In this document: positions 1 through 12,205 of the stretch, piece after piece
How the letters are laid out: each line of letters starts with the position of its first letter
How positions within the stretch are numbered: the first letter of the stretch is position 1
NCBI RefSeq assembly: GCF_006345805.1
Contig: NC_043018.1
Location: 29,388,001 to 29,452,000 of the forward strand
Direction: 5' to 3'
Length of the DNA stretch: 64,000 nucleotides
From: Octopus sinensis
Lineage: Eukaryota
Program-made: the position numbers and the translations under genes
The notes under the pieces: model-generated
What the model was told of the DNA's origin: nothing
The model's database searches: none
Seen by the model: the letters and a program-made list of their open reading frames with translations, nothing else

Positions 1-396
1 TGAAGAAAAAAAATGCTTTCTAATTGATGTATCAGTACCGGCAGATGACAACGTGTCTCTAAAAGAAATGGAGAAACTCTCAAAATACAAAGACCTGGAA
101 ATAGAGGTAACTAGAATGTGGAATCTGAAAACGAAACAATTCCTATCATAGTAGGGCATTAGGCAGGCATGATAAAAAAATATTCAGACAAATACATAAC
201 AAAACACCAGGACTTACAAACACATATAACATACAGAAAATTGCACTACTAGGCACTGCACACATCCTACGCAGAGCACTTTCCATACAATAACCATCAG
301 AGCATCACAACAAATCACAGCACATACCCAAGGCACACAGAGCTGCGCTCGGTAGTGAAGTGAAAGCACGCTATAAAAATAAAAATAAAACTACTG
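1..396 (+). mobile_element. R4/Dong-clade non-LTR retrotransposon, 3' end (restriction-like endonuclease C-terminus plus 3' UTR), family 1
   Basis: Translates (with frameshifts) to CFLIDVSVPADDNVSLKEMEKLSKYKDLEIEVTRMW...IPIIVG...IQKIALLGTAHILRRALSIQ*. The UTR ends in (TAA)n. Near-identical to copies at 19073-19668 and 19787-19935. Confidence 0.9.
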
Positions 397-487
397 AATA
401 ATAATAATAATAATAAGAAGAAGAAGAAGAAGAAGAAGAAGAACAAGAAGAACAAGAACAAGAACAAGAACAAGAACAAGAAGAAGA
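397..487. repeat. Compound microsatellite (TAA)n-(GAA)n-(CAAGAA)n
   Basis: Read directly from the sequence. Confidence 0.95.
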
Positions 488-763
488 CTAAAACAGTACC
501 TGTTGTCATACGTACCCTTGGAATGATAGCAAAAGGGACTGATTCCTACCTAGCTCAGATACAAGGAAACCCCACAATGGCAAAAATTCAAACGATAGTG
601 CTCATAGGATTCATATCCTACGTAAAATACTGACTATGTAATCACAAGTTTTAAAACAAACTCATAATTTTCTTATATTTTCTTAAACATTCTCTAGAAC
701 GATACAATGTGCAAAACCAAATATATGACACCCTAGGCATAACACCAACATGAACTTCTAACA
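487..763 (+). mobile_element. R4/Dong-clade 3' fragment, family 2
   Basis: KTKTVPVVI.TLGMIAKGTDSYLAQIQGNPTMAKIQTIVL..HILRKIL plus UTR. Matches the minus-strand copy at 61562-62005. Confidence 0.85.
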
Positions 764-767
764 TGTG

Positions 768-815
<48 letters not shown>

Positions 816-962
816 GTGAAATAGAAAGATGAATAATCTTGTAGTAGATTAATCAAAAGTTTAACCGATACCTTAGTAGCAAAAATCACAGCAGTAAACA
901 GCACGGTTGGAGGTACAACCATCTGGCGTTTGCAACCGTGCGTTGGTGCGGATAATTGAAAT

Positions 963-1101
963 TAAAACATATTGGTGAATTGAAGAAATGGAGCTGGTAA
1001 TTTGGTAATTTGTGCCTTTCGAAACACGTGTAGAATGAAATAAAACGATTTCTGTTCAATCTGCGTTCAGCTCCATTTTTCAATTCACCAATAATGTTTT
1101 A
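963..1101 (+). repeat. Short fold-back element with a half-hammerhead motif (Penelope pLTR-like relic)
   Basis: About 34-bp inverted arms at 963-996 and 1068-1101. Internal GAAA-CACGTG-TA (1021-1032) followed by AATAAA. Abuts (TA)n. Confidence 0.55.
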
Positions 1102-1576
1102 TATATATATATATATATTATAATATATATATATATATATATATATGCATAGACACCAACACATATATATAGATATATACACACACGTATACACACGATA
1201 AGAGTCAGGCACATTCTCACACACGCAAATATATACATAACTATTTAATATTCAGGTTTTAATAGAAAATATATGATCATTCTTTTCATTATAACTTGTT
1301 TGCTCCATCTGAAGCATATAATTGAATTAACTGTAATAAATGTAATCCATTATCGAATTAAATATTCTGATGTTATAATCATAATTTTATACATATTCAT
1401 GAGGCGTGGGATGCATGCGTGGCTGCATGGGTAAAAAGCTTGTTTCCAAATTACATGTTTGTGTTCAGTCGCACTGCGTGGCACCCCTTGCGCAAGGGTC
1501 TTTTGGTATAGCCTCCGGTCGACCAAACCTTTGAAAGTGGAAATGGTTGGCGGAAACTGAAAGAAGTTCTTCGTAC

Positions 1577-1629
1577 ATATATATACATATATATATTCGT
1601 ACACACACATACATACATATTTATATTTA

Positions 1630-1709
<80 letters not shown>
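1577..1709. repeat. (TA)n microsatellite; one of many (also about 773-811, 1100-1146, 1977-2050, 6647-6743, 35490-35875)
   Basis: Read directly from the sequence. Confidence 0.95.
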
Positions 1710-1713
<4 letters not shown>

Positions 1714-1973
1714 TTTCTAAGACAAGTCATTTACCAATCAAATCCTATCGAAAACATATACTAATTTGAACCATAGACTACCTACAAAAATAGGGCAAGC
1801 TGCAAACACGAGTCAGAAGCAAGCTACGACACTAATCACGCCTTTCTATTGAAAATTTTTGAAAATCAGTGTAAGCTGTGAAACCGGTTAAGGCTTTAAA
1901 TATATTAATAAAAAAAATATTTTAACGATTCTCAGTGGATTTTCAACTTCTACTTTTCCTATACATACACACA

Positions 1974-2025
<52 letters not shown>

Positions 2026-2197
2026 ATATAATATATATATATATAATATAAATTAGAACAAAACCCGCCTTTTATCAATTCAATTATGAAAAATTAAATC
2101 ACACCATTTAGAAAAATTACATATAGAAAGATTAAATATGAGATAAATATAGCAATGATAAGTAATGTGCAAAATTATATATATATTTTTTTTTCTA

Positions 2198-2237
<40 letters not shown>

Positions 2238-2312
2238 TATAATATTTGTGAAATTTGATTTAGTATTTCTAAATTGAATTTTCCCTATAAGTTTGGAATA
2301 ATATTCACTCAT

Positions 2313-2313
2313 A

Positions 2314-2374
<61 letters not shown>

Positions 2375-2390
2375 ATTATTATTATTATTA
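2313..2390. repeat. (TTA)n microsatellite
   Basis: Read directly from the sequence. Confidence 0.95.
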
Positions 2391-3029
2391 TATAGGGTGT
2401 GTCTAGGTGTGTAGTTGTTTGTGAAAAGATAACTTTTGCAAGGTTGTCATATAAGTTGTAATACGATAAATGGAACGAAAACATATATAGTATTTAAATT
2501 TTACATTGATGGGAATGATAAGAACGTGGTGCATAGAAGAATCATAATTGTAGATATATCTAAATTATGTCCTAATATGGTAACCAAGTCGTTGGATGTA
2601 TATGACAGGTATTCAAGACCACATATGACGTTGAAAATCAGTGAAAATATTTCGCAGTTTCTAGTTAATGTTTCAAATGTTATTTTACATTAACGTGGAA
2701 GTAGTGAAAAGCCAATTGAAATATCGTTTGGATAAGATAATGTGATTTATGTAAATTGTAAGGATGTATAATTAGGACTTAGACTCATTAGTTTTGCTGC
2801 AGCTTCAATAATTTAAACGATTTATAAGATTTAAGATATCATTATTGAATAATATAAGGTAAAAAACTCGGTGATGATTGTGAGTTAGGTACGAAATGAA
2901 TGCAAAATAATTTGATGTACATGTATACGGAACATGAATTAACGACTGATAAGTAAGAAATATATATTATTTGATATAATGGTACGCACTATTCTTAATT
3001 TTACACATTCAGATTTTTGTTTTTTTTAC

Positions 3030-3500
3030 GACGTTTATTTTGTGTGTTTTCTTTCTCTTTTTCCTTCGTCACTTTTTCTTCTCTCTTCCACCAATTTAAT
3101 TCTGTTCTGTCTTCGTCTCTCACTCTCTGTCCTTCCCACTCTCATAAACATAACTCTCCGACGCTTTCTGTTTATGCCCTCAACTACATTTCTTTGCGAC
3201 GTCTAATTCTGTCTCTTATTCCTCCTCCTCTCTTTCTCACAAATTTAAATCTCTTCCCCCCCACCCCTCTCTCTCTCTCTCTTTCCCACTCTCACAAACT
3301 TAACTCTGTTGCTTTCTGTATTTTCCCCCAACCACTATTTTTTTGCGACGTCTAATTCTGTCACTTTTTCTGTTTCTCTTTTCCCTTTCTCTCTCTTCCC
3401 TTCTTCTCTCTACCATTCCTATTCTCCACTTCCTCTCTATATTCCCTTCCTCTCTTTCTCTCTTTCCTTCCTATCTCTCTCTCTTTTCTCTCATCGGACA
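3030..3500. repeat. Pyrimidine-rich degenerate tandem duplication (about 150-bp period)
   Basis: tttgcgacgtctaattctgtc recurs at about 3193 and 3342; ttcccactctca.aaac.taactct recurs at about 3133 and 3283. Confidence 0.6.
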
Positions 3501-3604
3501 TTTTCCTTTCCTTCGCGTTACCCATACATTCTTCTCGTCTTTGAGACGAATATATGGCTAACGCTAATATATGGCCTTATTTCGCTTGTATATTATTTTT
3601 TTAA

Positions 3605-3985
3605 TTCTTTTAAATGTTTCAGTTATTTGAATGCGGCCATGTTTGAACACGGCCTTTAGTCCAAAAAATCGACCCCAGGATTTATTCTTTGTAAGCCTAG
3701 TACTTATTTTATTGGTTACTTTTCCGCTATCTTACGGGAGCGTAAATATAACAATATCGATTGTCAAGCGATGGTGAGGGGACAAACACAGACACAGAAA
3801 TACATACGCATATATACCTACATATATTCGCCAGGCTTCTTTCAGTTTCCGCCTACCAAATTCATTCACAAGGCTTTGGTCCGCCTAAGGCGATAGTAGA
3901 AAGTACTTGCGCAAGGTGCCACGCAGAGTGACTGAAACCGAAACCATAAGTTTGGGAAGCTAGCTACTTACCGCACAGCCACTCC
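3605..3985 (-). mobile_element. tRNA-derived SINE family A (CORE-like)
   Basis: Reverse complement of the family A consensus seen at 50602-51015. Confidence 0.85.
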
Positions 3986-4210
3986 AGTGATTATATTTAT
4001 TACATTTTTTACTTGTAAATTCATATTTGTGTAATGTTTGTTTTCGGCACTGTCCCCAACGCTCGCACACTATTCCCAGCCGCCTCTTGCTGCTAACGCC
4101 AGCACAAGTGAACAATATTATCATTAAAGACGCGAAATTTTGACAATTTTTCGGACGATAACCGATGAGAAATGAGCAAAGTTCTATCACACGTGGGAAA
4201 TTACCGTTTG

Positions 4211-4627
4211 GGATCTTTTCGGTTTCAACGACAGTTTTTCACATAATTTCTAGGTAACTAAAAAATTTTAAACTTCGTATACTGGTAGAATGTGTTTATA
4301 AAACAACTTTTTCTTTTGGCTTTATTGGGAAAATTCTATAGTTTGTAAGATATTTGTCGTTGTTTTTCTTCAATTTCTGCAATTTCAACCAATCACTGAC
4401 GTCCATTGAGGTAAACAACATTCTGTGCCGTATGAATATGTCCCTCGTTTAAGAAACAGATTGGGTTTATTTACATTTGTGAAGAAAAAAAGATACCCTT
4501 GTCCCCACACCTAACCCTAACCCTAAAAGAGATTGAAATGCAATAGATCGATTCTAGGGTCATAATAATGGGTGACAATTTCATATGACACCGCTAGGAA
4601 AAACTGCCGCTGAAACCGAAAAGATCG
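4211..4627. mobile_element. Non-autonomous DNA transposon (MITE) with 30-bp TIRs and an 8-bp TSD
   Basis: TIR ggatcttttcggtttcaacgacagtttttc (4211-4240) pairs with 4598-4627. Flanks are accgtttg and accatttg. Internal (CCCTAA)n at 4510-4526. Confidence 0.8.
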
Positions 4628-4658
4628 ACCATTTGTTCCTTTGCTGCGTTTTAGTCTA

Positions 4659-5931
4659 CGAGGGGGCGTTCAATAAGTAATGCCCCTGACCCACTTCCCA
4701 TAGCAGTAGAGCAACGAAACTTGGCACAGTTATTAGTCTTTTTCTACATAAGAAGCACCCAGAGTTACGCATTTCTCCCATCGTTTGATGCAGCTCTGGA
4801 GACCGTTTTTGTAGAAGACCCCAGCTTGGTCCTCCAACCACGACGTGACTTCAGAAATCAAAGCTGCATCATCTGGGAAACGCTTTCCTTTCAAAAACAA
4901 CTTCATGACTGGGAAGAGGTGAAAATCAGAGGGTGCAATGTCAGGAAAGTAGGGGGGATGGGGAGGAGTTCATAGCCATACGCCTGTGCTTCTGATCTGG
5001 CGACACGCGAGTTGTGGACCGGAGCGTTGTCCTGCAGGAGGAGGATGCCTTTGCTGATCTTGCCCCGCCTCTTGATTTTGATAGCTTCTCTTAATTTCCT
5101 CAAAAGTGAAGCATAATAGGCTCCTGTAATTGTGGCACCCTTTGCCAAGAAATCTGTCATCACTACTCCGTCCTGGTCCCAGAAGACTGTGAGCATGACC
5201 TTGCCAGCGGAGGGCTGCACCCTTACCTTCTTTGGGGTAGGTGAGTCACGGTGCTTCCACTGCATTGACTGGGATTTGGTCTCTGGATCATAGTGATGGA
5301 CCCAGGTTTCATCCTGTGTAATCAGTCTTTTGAAAAATGTTTGACTCATCGTCTTGGCACATCTCCAAATTCATCCTCGAGCACTCGACGCGTTCTTGCT
5401 TCTGGAAAAGTTTGAGCAATCTGGGAATCCATCTGGCAGACACCTTTTGCATATGCAAATGGTCATGAATGATAATTTACACAGACCCGGTACTAATCTT
5501 GACCTTATGGGCTATTTGGCGAATACGTATGTGTCCATCTTCCAAAATGGCAGCCTCAACTTGACGGACAAATGCCTCATCAATGGCAGAAGGGGGCGAC
5601 CAGATCTGGGAGCTGTTTACACAGAGTTCTGACCAGCGTTTTACAAGGTAATATGATGGGGCATCACCACCATAAGTTACTTTCATTTCATCAAAAGTCT
5701 CCCGTGGTGTGCGTCCTTTCAAATACAAAAACCGGATCACTACTCGACACTCAACAGGCTCCATTTCACACTTGACTCAGTTCAAACACCTGTAAATCAG
5801 AAACCACAATCAGTTCAGAGCTGTAATTTGCTACTTAATCTATAGAGATATAAATAATTGCACATGCAAAATGTCAGCTAGATCAAACAGCTGCAAGTGG
5901 GTCAGGGGCATTACTTATTGAACGTCCCTCG
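4659..5931 (-). mobile_element. Full-length mariner (DD34D) transposon, irritans/Himar-like
   Basis: About 38-bp TIRs cgaggg(g)..cgttcaataagtaatgcccctgacccactt at both ends. TA TSD at 4657-4658 and 5932-5933. Length 1273 bp. Confidence 0.95.
4733..5764 (-). pseudogene. Mariner transposase pseudogene
   Basis: MEPVECRVVIRFLYLKG..., WIPRLL, ITQDETWVHHYDPE, SAGKVMLTVFWD, LLQDNAPVH, P(Y)FPDIAPSDFHLF, RWEKCV...YVEKD*. Has an internal stop at 5477, frameshifts and a small deletion in the HTH region. Confidence 0.93.
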
Positions 5932-6419
5932 TAGGTTCTTATTTTTACATATATATATAATACAAATATGAAAATGGAGAAACAATTTAGTTTGTTCATC
6001 AACTTTCGGATATTATAATGTTGAATCATTTATTCATTTAACAAAATGAGAACCTTAATAGCATACATATATACCTTATAATTCAATATGTATTGAATTA
6101 TAAGGTATATATCATCGAAGGTATAAGGTATAATATCATCGAAGGTATAAGGTATATATCATCCAAATTAAAGAATGATTTAGCGATTCGATAATGTGTA
6201 TACATAAAATCAATATAAACAACAGGTTGCAATATTTCACCAAAGAGAAGAATTGTAATTGTTACTAAACATGACCAGGGTGTTAAGGCAACGGAAATTG
6301 TTGATCATGATTTTTCGGACGATTCCCTGTTTGTGTATATGTCTTCATTCATATGCATTAACTACACCGTTAGAGAATTTTAGCTCGTATTTCTAGGAAT
6401 GCAGTTGTTCCTTAACACG

Positions 6420-6642
6420 CTAGTCACATTTAGTGACAATGTGACCGCGTGTGTACTGTTGGCGATTTTTTTCCTCCGCCTTCCTTTCTCTGGATCTTTC
6501 CTTTTCCTATGTTTCTGACGAAGAGCTCCGCTCGAAACGTAAAACCCTCCTTCTCCCCTTCCTTCCTGAGCGTCCGATAATAGTATATTTCTTCCACGTC
6601 CTCGCGTTGTTGTGTTTTCTCCTGATCTTTTCATGTTTGGAT

Positions 6643-6647
<5 letters not shown>
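6420..6647 (+). mobile_element. Penelope-like pLTR fragment (family P1) ending at (TA)n
   Basis: Repeated on the minus strand at 42193-42384 and 46116-46247. Contains a minimal HHR. The 5' boundary is uncertain. Confidence 0.7.
6511..6545 (+). ncRNA. Minimal type I hammerhead ribozyme motif
   Basis: GUUU-CUGACGA-A-GAGC(UCC)GCUC-GAAA-CG-UA-AAAC: stem I GUUU/AAAC, intact core, 4-bp stem II, vestigial stem III. Confidence 0.75.
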
Positions 6648-6727
<80 letters not shown>

Positions 6728-7274
6728 TTATATATATATATATACACGACGAGCTTCTTTCAGTTTCCGTCTGTTCAGCTCGAGGCTAAAGTAGAAGACA
6801 TGCTAAAGGGGCGCCACATATTTGAACTGAACCCGAAACCATGTAGCAAGGAAGCAAGCTTCTAACCACACATCCACTACTCCTAATTGCCTCTCCCAGT
6901 TAGTATAATTTCTTTTTACTATATTTCTGTATTACTATTATACGTAGTTCCTTTAGTTTCCTTCAGCTTATCTAATTAGTTTCCACTAACTCAGTATGTG
7001 TAATTTTAGCTTTAATATATTCGAGTTTCTATTTTCGGTTCTTATTATCCATGGTACGTTGCAATCGACTGCATTTTAACTATTAGACTGTTGCGTCCTG
7101 AATGGATTGAATTCTATTAGTAATTCAGCACTACTAAATAGAGATTTTAATAATAACTATAATTACTGTATATCTCTAATCAATGAATTAATTAGCTGTA
7201 ACTACTTTCTCATTAATTAGTTATATGATATTCACATATGTACTGCAAGTTCTTCCTACATTATAGTAATAATC

Positions 7275-7485
7275 TCTTCTACGGGAGGCACAAGGCCTCG
7301 AATTTCTGGGGCAGGGGCCCGTCGATTTGATCGACCCCAGTACACAAGTGTTACTAAATTTATCAACCCCAAAATGATGAAAGGCAAAGTCGACTTCAGC
7401 GAAATTTGAACTCTGAACGTAGCGACGGGCGAAATACCACTAAGCATTTTATCCCACGTGCTAAGGACTCTGCCAGCTCGCCGTC
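7275..7485 (-). mobile_element. tRNA-derived SINE family B
   Basis: Reverse complement of the consensus at 51325-51545. Confidence 0.85.
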
Positions 7486-7569
7486 TTCTACATCATCGCA
7501 ATAATAAGAATGCTAACATGAATTTTACTACACTAATAATATAAAAGGTACAAAGACATTTCCTTAGCT

Positions 7570-7807
7570 ATAGATTTATAAGACCAGATTCTCGGATTCT
7601 CCGGCGTATACATTACCCAGTGCCTGCTTGGATGCCACGCCAATCCTTTTCAAGATTAGCCATTTTCTGCCTGCTGAGTAAACAAGAGCAAAGTGAAACG
7701 AAGCACTGTGCATAAAAACATAAACGCATCGACTGGTCCAGGAATCGAAACCCCAATTTTTCAATATTGGGGAAAACACCTTTACTACTCAGCCACGCGC
7801 CTCCACA
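7570..7807 (-). mobile_element. Diverged tRNA-derived SINE (C/D-like head)
   Basis: Minus strand begins tgtggaggcgcgtggctgagtagtaa (A box) then ggtttcgattcct (B box). Confidence 0.65.
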
Positions 7808-8699
7808 GGGCACTGGTGATATTCCCAGACAATTCTAAGAAATTTAGCCCCACCCAAGGTGGTAGAATTATATATTTCGGTATCCTGGCTTTATTTGTTC
7901 ATATTCCATCTCATACATTTGGTTTATTGTTTCCATTTACATAACACGAAATTTTAACCAGTTTAATGCTTATTATTGATAATTTGATAGACTGATAGGG
8001 TATGAATCGATCGACGTTTCTATGTATGTGTGTGAATATTTTCTGTATGTGTATATGTGTGAATATGTCTGAATGAATGTGGTATAACAACACCTTTATC
8101 TTTCGTTTTGTCTTTGGTCAGTAAGTGTTATTTCTTAGTTGCTTTTCCCATTACATTTCAGACAGACTCAGCATTGAGTGGCTGAAGCAGAAATATCATT
8201 ATAGCAAATATTCTGCTCAATACCACAGATTTGCTTGACCTAGACCACTTCAGCATGTTCTTTGGTGGCTGACAATATGTGCATCTCTGATAATAAGCAG
8301 AATTAGCTGGGTAGCATCGCAGTTATGTGTTGGGAGGGATTCATTGAGGTTTGAATAAATGTAATAGAAGCAAATTTTCAAAGAAATATTAGCCATTTTC
8401 CATACATTTAAAGAGTAAGCAAACAGGAAATAACAGTTGCTAACCGAGGACAAAATATATGTTACACAGTCTACTGGATGTAAACGGATTTTGTTGGTCG
8501 CTAAAACCTAATGAAGTATCATTACTAATTTTACGAAACCTTTATTATTTCTATATAAATATCATTCTGTGCGGGAGCTGACGTAGATGTGTGTAGACAT
8601 AGGTTTGCAAAGGTGTGTGTGTATGAATCTGTCTTTGAAAATTCCTATGAGTTGTATGTGTACTGTCGTAGCGTAAGCAATGATCTTAGAATGACACTT

Positions 8700-9660
8700 C
8701 CATCCTGATAAATCATTCGTGCGTAGTAGTCCAATAGGTTAGGCCGCTTTGATTTCACATAAGTACCCGTATTATGATAAATACCATTTTCCTTCAGAAA
8801 CCAAGACTCCAATGTTTATTTTCTATCCCCAATCCTTTTTTCCATATATTTCTTCTAGTTCTTTAATTTTCGATTATTTATTGTATGTTTATATTTCTCT
8901 AAACCCTTTGGTATACTCGGACAAATCTTTATTAAACAAGTCTACATGATTATCTTATTTTACTCGAATTTCTTAATTTCTTTTATTTTACTGTATATTT
9001 CAGGAATTTTATATTTTATCTACTAAATCCTCGGCTTTCTAGTTCCATATGTGGTCGTTCTAGAAGATTATCAGGAAGAAATTGTTTCTTGAGGAGTTCA
9101 CTGCCAACTCGTACAATGTTGCTAACTTCACTTTTCAGCACCGTATCTATATATTTATTTTTACTGTTGATGTTTAGCAAGTGCTGCCCGAGTGATACCA
9201 TACGGCTTTCGAAGGCCGTCTGCATAGATCTCAGGTCCCTAACACCTTCATTTCTTCTTAGGTACAGCCTGTCAACATCACTGTTTCAGTGGAAGTCCCC
9301 AGTTGTTGTCAGGATTTTGAGGGTTTTGATATCTATGGTGTGGATTTCCTCTAGAGACTAATCAAGTATCCCAAATGTTGGGATCAGCACTGGTACTGAA
9401 AATGCATTGTGGGATATTGTTTTGTTGTAAGAGGGGGTTCCATATGTTCCTAAGTCTGGTGCAATATTCTCGGGTCTCTCTATCTTTATTCACAGGGCCT
9501 TCCTATGATATATTTTCGTCTATGCCTTGGAACTTGTAACATTCTTTGTGTGGAATGGGGAAGATAGAGGGACCGTTAAAGCACAAGTTTTGAATTTGGG
9601 AGACTGACATTCCTCATTCTATAACCGAATATGAACATTTATTTTGGCCAACTTCCCTTC
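8700..9660 (-). pseudogene. Highly decayed R4/Dong-like reverse transcriptase region
   Basis: Minus-strand pieces GQNKCSY, YKFQG, LKILTTTGDFH.NSDVDRLYLRRNEG.R.LRS match the post-RT HxxSDVDRLY..R.EGGRGL motif. Boundaries approximate. Confidence 0.7.
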
Positions 9661-11495
9661 TTATATCAGCTGAAGATATTAATTGCAGTTTTTTTTTTTT
9701 GGCATTGTTAACACTTTTAGCATGTATGTATATGTATATTACAAAATTATTACAAAATTTCATGCAATTTAACACCACTATGCCGAACTAACTCCTGTTC
9801 ACTACCCGTTTAAGAGTTCCACTTGATCATTGTGTGTACCTGGATCAAGAAACACCTGTTTGCAACTGTCCTCTTATCTCAACTTAATATGCTTGCTCTT
9901 TTCTTTAAATGTTATGTTAATTTTGGAAAATTTCTAAAAATCTTGAAATAATCTACCCCTTTCTCATGTGGGACTGGTCTAAATTTCCAGTTGGAAACTA
10001 TGCTGAATTCAATGAATCAGGAGAATTCTAGTAAATCAAGATTTTTATGTTGCAAGGTCTTTAATATACCTGTATTTCTTCACCTGTTCAATGCGTTGAG
10101 GTAGATCACCGTTAAGAACTGACTTCCTTCCGTCTCCCGAAAAAGTCTCGGGTGCTTGAGTCAAATGCTCCATTGTAAAATATCTTTTCATATTTCTTTG
10201 GTTTCAGCCAAATGTTGTGGCCATGCTAGAGCACTGCCTTTCGCTATGCTACCAAAAGTTTTTTAAAACCGTTTCAAGCCACATTCTTACCTTCACTAAA
10301 CACTGGCTGAGATAAGCCGCACGCTGCACTAAATAATTCCTTTCAGCATATATTCCTTTCTTATTTGCTCTTGATTAACACTTATCAGTTAAAACTATCT
10401 CCATATAATTGGATTGCTCGCAATAATATATATAATCCATAATTTTCTATTCATAAGAATATTTATGTGGATATGAGTTGAAAATATATATCACAAGCAA
10501 TGATGATTAAAAAGCCATAAAAGTACACATAATACACTCACACATATATATACATATATATACACACACATATATATACACACACATATACATATACATA
10601 TATATACATATACATACATATATATATATACATATATATACACACTTATACATATATAGAAACACACACACATATATATATACACAAACGCACACACACA
10701 CATATATATATATGCACACAGACACACACACACATATATAAGTATATATGCGTATATGCATGTATGTATGATGAAACGCATAGGTAGAAACAACCATCTT
10801 ATAATTGCATTAATAGGAATAATAAACAGGTGTGGACAAAAATTAGAGGATTGCTGTCACCGCCTTATACTTAAGGACTATCATTTTTCTTTTCAGACTG
10901 AGAAGTTCAAACCATACAAATACCTTACACTTAGTAATATACACAGAAATACATAATATCCCATTATCAACTCTTAGATTCCCCACCTTATAATAAACTA
11001 ATTTAATCATATTACAAACTAACTAACACTTTTACACTATATATAAAAATACAATGGCAGATTTCTAACATAAAATCTCTACGGTATTTCTTAGTATCAG
11101 CCATAATATATATTATATCCTAGCAGAAAGATTAAATGTATAAATCGGAGAGATTTATAAGTATGTCTGAGAATTTGAGAATGTAGCAAGGCAAATATTT
11201 GGGAAACGTTTATATTCTCGGAAGTATACACAGAGAAATTGTAAAATATATGTCAGGCATTGCAAAATTACTGTGGTGCAATGAATAAGAATATTTTTTG
11301 TGATTGAATGAATCGTAAAACTGAAATGAAAGAAACTAAAAAACTTAATTTTTTTTTAAAGCCTATTTTTAAATTAAAATTTATAAGAATTTTCTAGGCG
11401 GTATAGTCTTTCATAATTACTATCTTTCATTAAAATTAATAAATCCCTAATTAATTATCAAGCGCCTTTTTCGTTATAGAATAAATATATATATA

Positions 11496-11671
11496 CGCGA
11501 CCTTTTTACTGATAAAGCTCCGTGCTGCAGGGAATTGTGTCAGTGAAAAGGTCGCGGTTTCAAAATGACAAAAATATTTTGACAACTTAAATTTAAATGT
11601 TGAACTGAATCTAATGGTTATTTTACATGTTTTTAAATGACTTATAATCACCTTCCACGCTGCAATTGTTT
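11496..11671. repeat. Palindromic (fold-back) repeat, truncated; a half copy lies at 14117-14263
   Basis: cgcgacctttttactgataaa...gtgctgca...tgtcagtgaaaaggtcgcg is symmetric about 11525. The arm matches 14117-14263 in reverse. Confidence 0.7.
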
Positions 11672-11963
11672 ATGTGTGTGTCTATATATGTAAGAAAAAT
11701 AACAATGAGAGTGAAAACATAGGTTACAAAAATATAATCTGTTGTAAAATTATTACATGCACAAAAATATATAGATATATAAATACACTTCAAAATATAT
11801 TAAAAATACATTAAAAGTGCATAGATATAAATGTAGAAATATGCTGAGCATATGTATAGAACATATAGTCCTTCTTACGATAAGAACGATATCAAATTTA
11901 TATACACAGAATAGGCAGAGTTTAGAAACTATTGTAGATTCAAACATAGGTTTATAATTCGTT

Positions 11964-12062
11964 AAAATCCTACGGCCGTTTCTAGGACCATAGTGGTCAA
12001 CGATCTAATAGAATTTAAGTTCTATAAATTTAATATCGCCGCCTCCTTCTTCGAGGAATTTT
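11964..12062 (-). ncRNA. Decayed type I HHR with long stem II
   Basis: Minus strand: aaaattcc-UCGAAGA-agga...ucct-a-GAAA-CGGCCG-UA-ggauuuu. Confidence 0.5.
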
Positions 12063-12158
12063 CCAACTGGTAGGAATACACTTGTTATGCACTATCTATT
12101 ATTTAACCTGTTATCCTATGGCACTATATATAGGGAAAAGTCTATATCTAGAAAATAA

Positions 12159-12205
<47 letters not shown>

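Noticed and set aside
1-293. Frameshifts as proof of ancient decay of this Dong copy
   Set aside because: Single-base indels here and in (TA)n tracts could be long-read assembly errors, so age cannot be inferred from them.
1840-1896. GAAA-CCGG-UUA-aggc, a possible HHR 3' half
   Set aside because: No recognisable CUGANGA upstream.
4510-4526. Telomere
   Set aside because: Fewer than 3 units, and internal to a MITE.
6098-6163. Three copies of a 23-bp repeat (tataaggtatatatcatcgaagg); CRISPR-like?
   Set aside because: Directly tandem with no spacers, so it is a simple minisatellite in eukaryotic DNA.
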